Origin: Ministeria vibrans ATCC 50519
Lineage: Eukaryota; Protista; Filasterea
Assembly (NCBI GenBank): GCA_943704425.1
Contig: CALSCP010000572.1
Span: forward strand, 25,753 to 89,752
Reading direction: 5' to 3'
DNA length: 64,000 bases
The notes under the pieces were generated by a model. The model had not been told where the DNA came from, did no database searches, and saw only the letters and a list, made by a program, of their open reading frames with translations. This document shows positions 62,679 to 64,000 of this stretch, one piece after another. The translations under genes were made by a program, and so were the position numbers. How positions within the stretch are numbered: position 1 is the first letter of the stretch; each line of letters starts with the position of its first letter.

Positions 62679-63824
62679 CAGAACGGGTTGTATATATCGT
62701 CTTTGCGTCGACGTACCTTTCTCCGCGTCAAACTCAGCCTCACTGACACTGATGGGCTGGACTAATTCACCGACGGGAAGTGACAGAGTCATTTTGAGAG
62801 GCGTTGCGTGTTCGCCCACGGTGAGCTCACACTTGATAGGCTGCGACGAGTCGTTGGTGGCCACTGCGACGGTGACAGAGCGCACTTCGCCGGCACTCAA
62901 AGACGCAATGGAGTTAAAGCCTGAGATTTGAGCGTGGTTTGCAAGCGAGATGCTGTCCAGCGAGCCGCTGGTGGTGTTCTCGAGGGTGAGTTGCACCGAG
63001 AGCGCCTTGTCGGAGTAGGCGCAGCGCATGGGTGTCCACGAGACGCACAGACCCTTGCCACTCATCTTGTTCAGAAGCGGCACATTGTGCAGTCCGGACG
63101 CAGCGCACTGAGCTGCATTGAACGACACGGCGCCGCCCGATGACGATGAGGTGGCCGCCATTGGAGCCATGGTGTCGAGCAACGAGAGAGAGGCGCTCGA
63201 GGAGACAGGCACAGCTGAGGCAGACGCAGCAGTGGCAGTGGGAACTGGATCAAATGAGAGGTCCAACAACGACACTTCGGCGGACGCCTTCTTGGGCGAC
63301 TTCTTCGAGGTCTTTGCAGCGGGAACAACCACTGGCGTGGGCTTTTTCTTGGCGGCAGCCACCACCACGGCAGGGACACTGTCACTGTCATCGTCACTCG
63401 ACTCGTCCGAGTCACTCGAACCACTCTCATCATCATCATCATCATCATCATCGTCGTCGTCGTCCTCCTCGGCACCGCTCTCGTCAAAATCGTTGTCGGA
63501 CGAGTCCCCTTCATCGTCCGTCTCGTCGTCGTCGTCGTCGCTCTCGTCCTCATCGTCGTCCGTCTCCTCATCGTCGTCCGTCTCGTCGTCATCGTCGCTT
63601 GTCTCCTCATCGCTGTCCGTCTCCTCGTCACTGTCCGTCTCCTCGTCCTCCTCATCATCGTCACTGTAGAACCCACCTGACTTCTTCTTGTGCTTCTTCT
63701 TTCTCTTGTCCTCCTTCATCATCATCCCCGCATTGCTCGTAGGTGGGGGTGCAACGACCACCAGACGCACCGACGGATCGGGCGCTTCCTCAGGGAAGTC
63801 TGGAAGGGCGAGGTACCCAACAGC
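62117..63824 (-). CDS. AP3B1: AP-3 complex beta subunit, 3' exons (5' part outside window)
   Basis: GYLALPDFPEEAPDPSVR, a long D/E/S hinge, VSLLDL, LLNKMSGKGL...VQLTLEN, QPIKCEL...LPVGELVQPISVSEAEF, KLSGMNEH, LTVNSEHM / VAAMVMKALK. AP3B1 versus AP3B2 orthology cannot be resolved. Confidence 0.88.
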
Positions 63825-63904
63825 CTAAAAATAAAATAGCAACAGAAACGAGTTAAACAAAGAAACGAGTTGAACAAAGGAGTTGAACAAAGGAGTTGAA
63901 CTAA

Positions 63905-63907
<3 letters not shown>

Positions 63908-64000
<93 letters not shown>
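63908..64000 (+). repeat. (GA)n microsatellite in an AP-3 beta intron, running off the window
   Basis: Uninterrupted GA run to the window end. Confidence 0.95.

Noticed and set aside
63071-63742. Thr/Arg-, Ser- and His-rich alternative-frame ORFs
   Set aside because: Other frames of the acidic hinge of AP-3 beta.

Overview
Eukaryotic, gene-dense window with GC-rich exons, short AT-rich or microsatellite-rich GT-AG introns and three N-gaps. The gene content (alpha-spectrin-type protein, Notch-like EGF arrays, GPS-bearing adhesion GPCRs) suggests a compact holozoan genome, probably a unicellular relative of animals; this is an inference. In order: a giant alpha-spectrin-like gene that starts upstream of the window and is built from near-identical 12-repeat super-repeats; RRP45/EXOSC9; U2AF1; a secreted EGF + DUF285/BspA-like chimera; adhesion GPCR A; mitochondrial-type ArgRS; RCE1; TMA16; adhesion GPCR B; adhesion GPCR C; DTD1; a small acidic protein; copine; ISY1; a HEPN-like/NACHT/multi-TM protein; and the 3' part of AP-3 beta. 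Best candidate for a new system: receptors A and C have their GAIN/GPS site displaced 230-540 aa from the membrane. In its usual juxtamembrane position they carry a ZU5-like domain ending in an HF/S motif, the autoproteolytic signature of PIDD1 and Nup98. They may therefore be double-autoproteolysis adhesion GPCRs, and they flank the canonical receptor B. Second candidate: an NLR-like HEPN(RxxxxH)-NACHT-membrane protein. Exon structures were derived by eye; domain calls come from motif recognition, not database searches.
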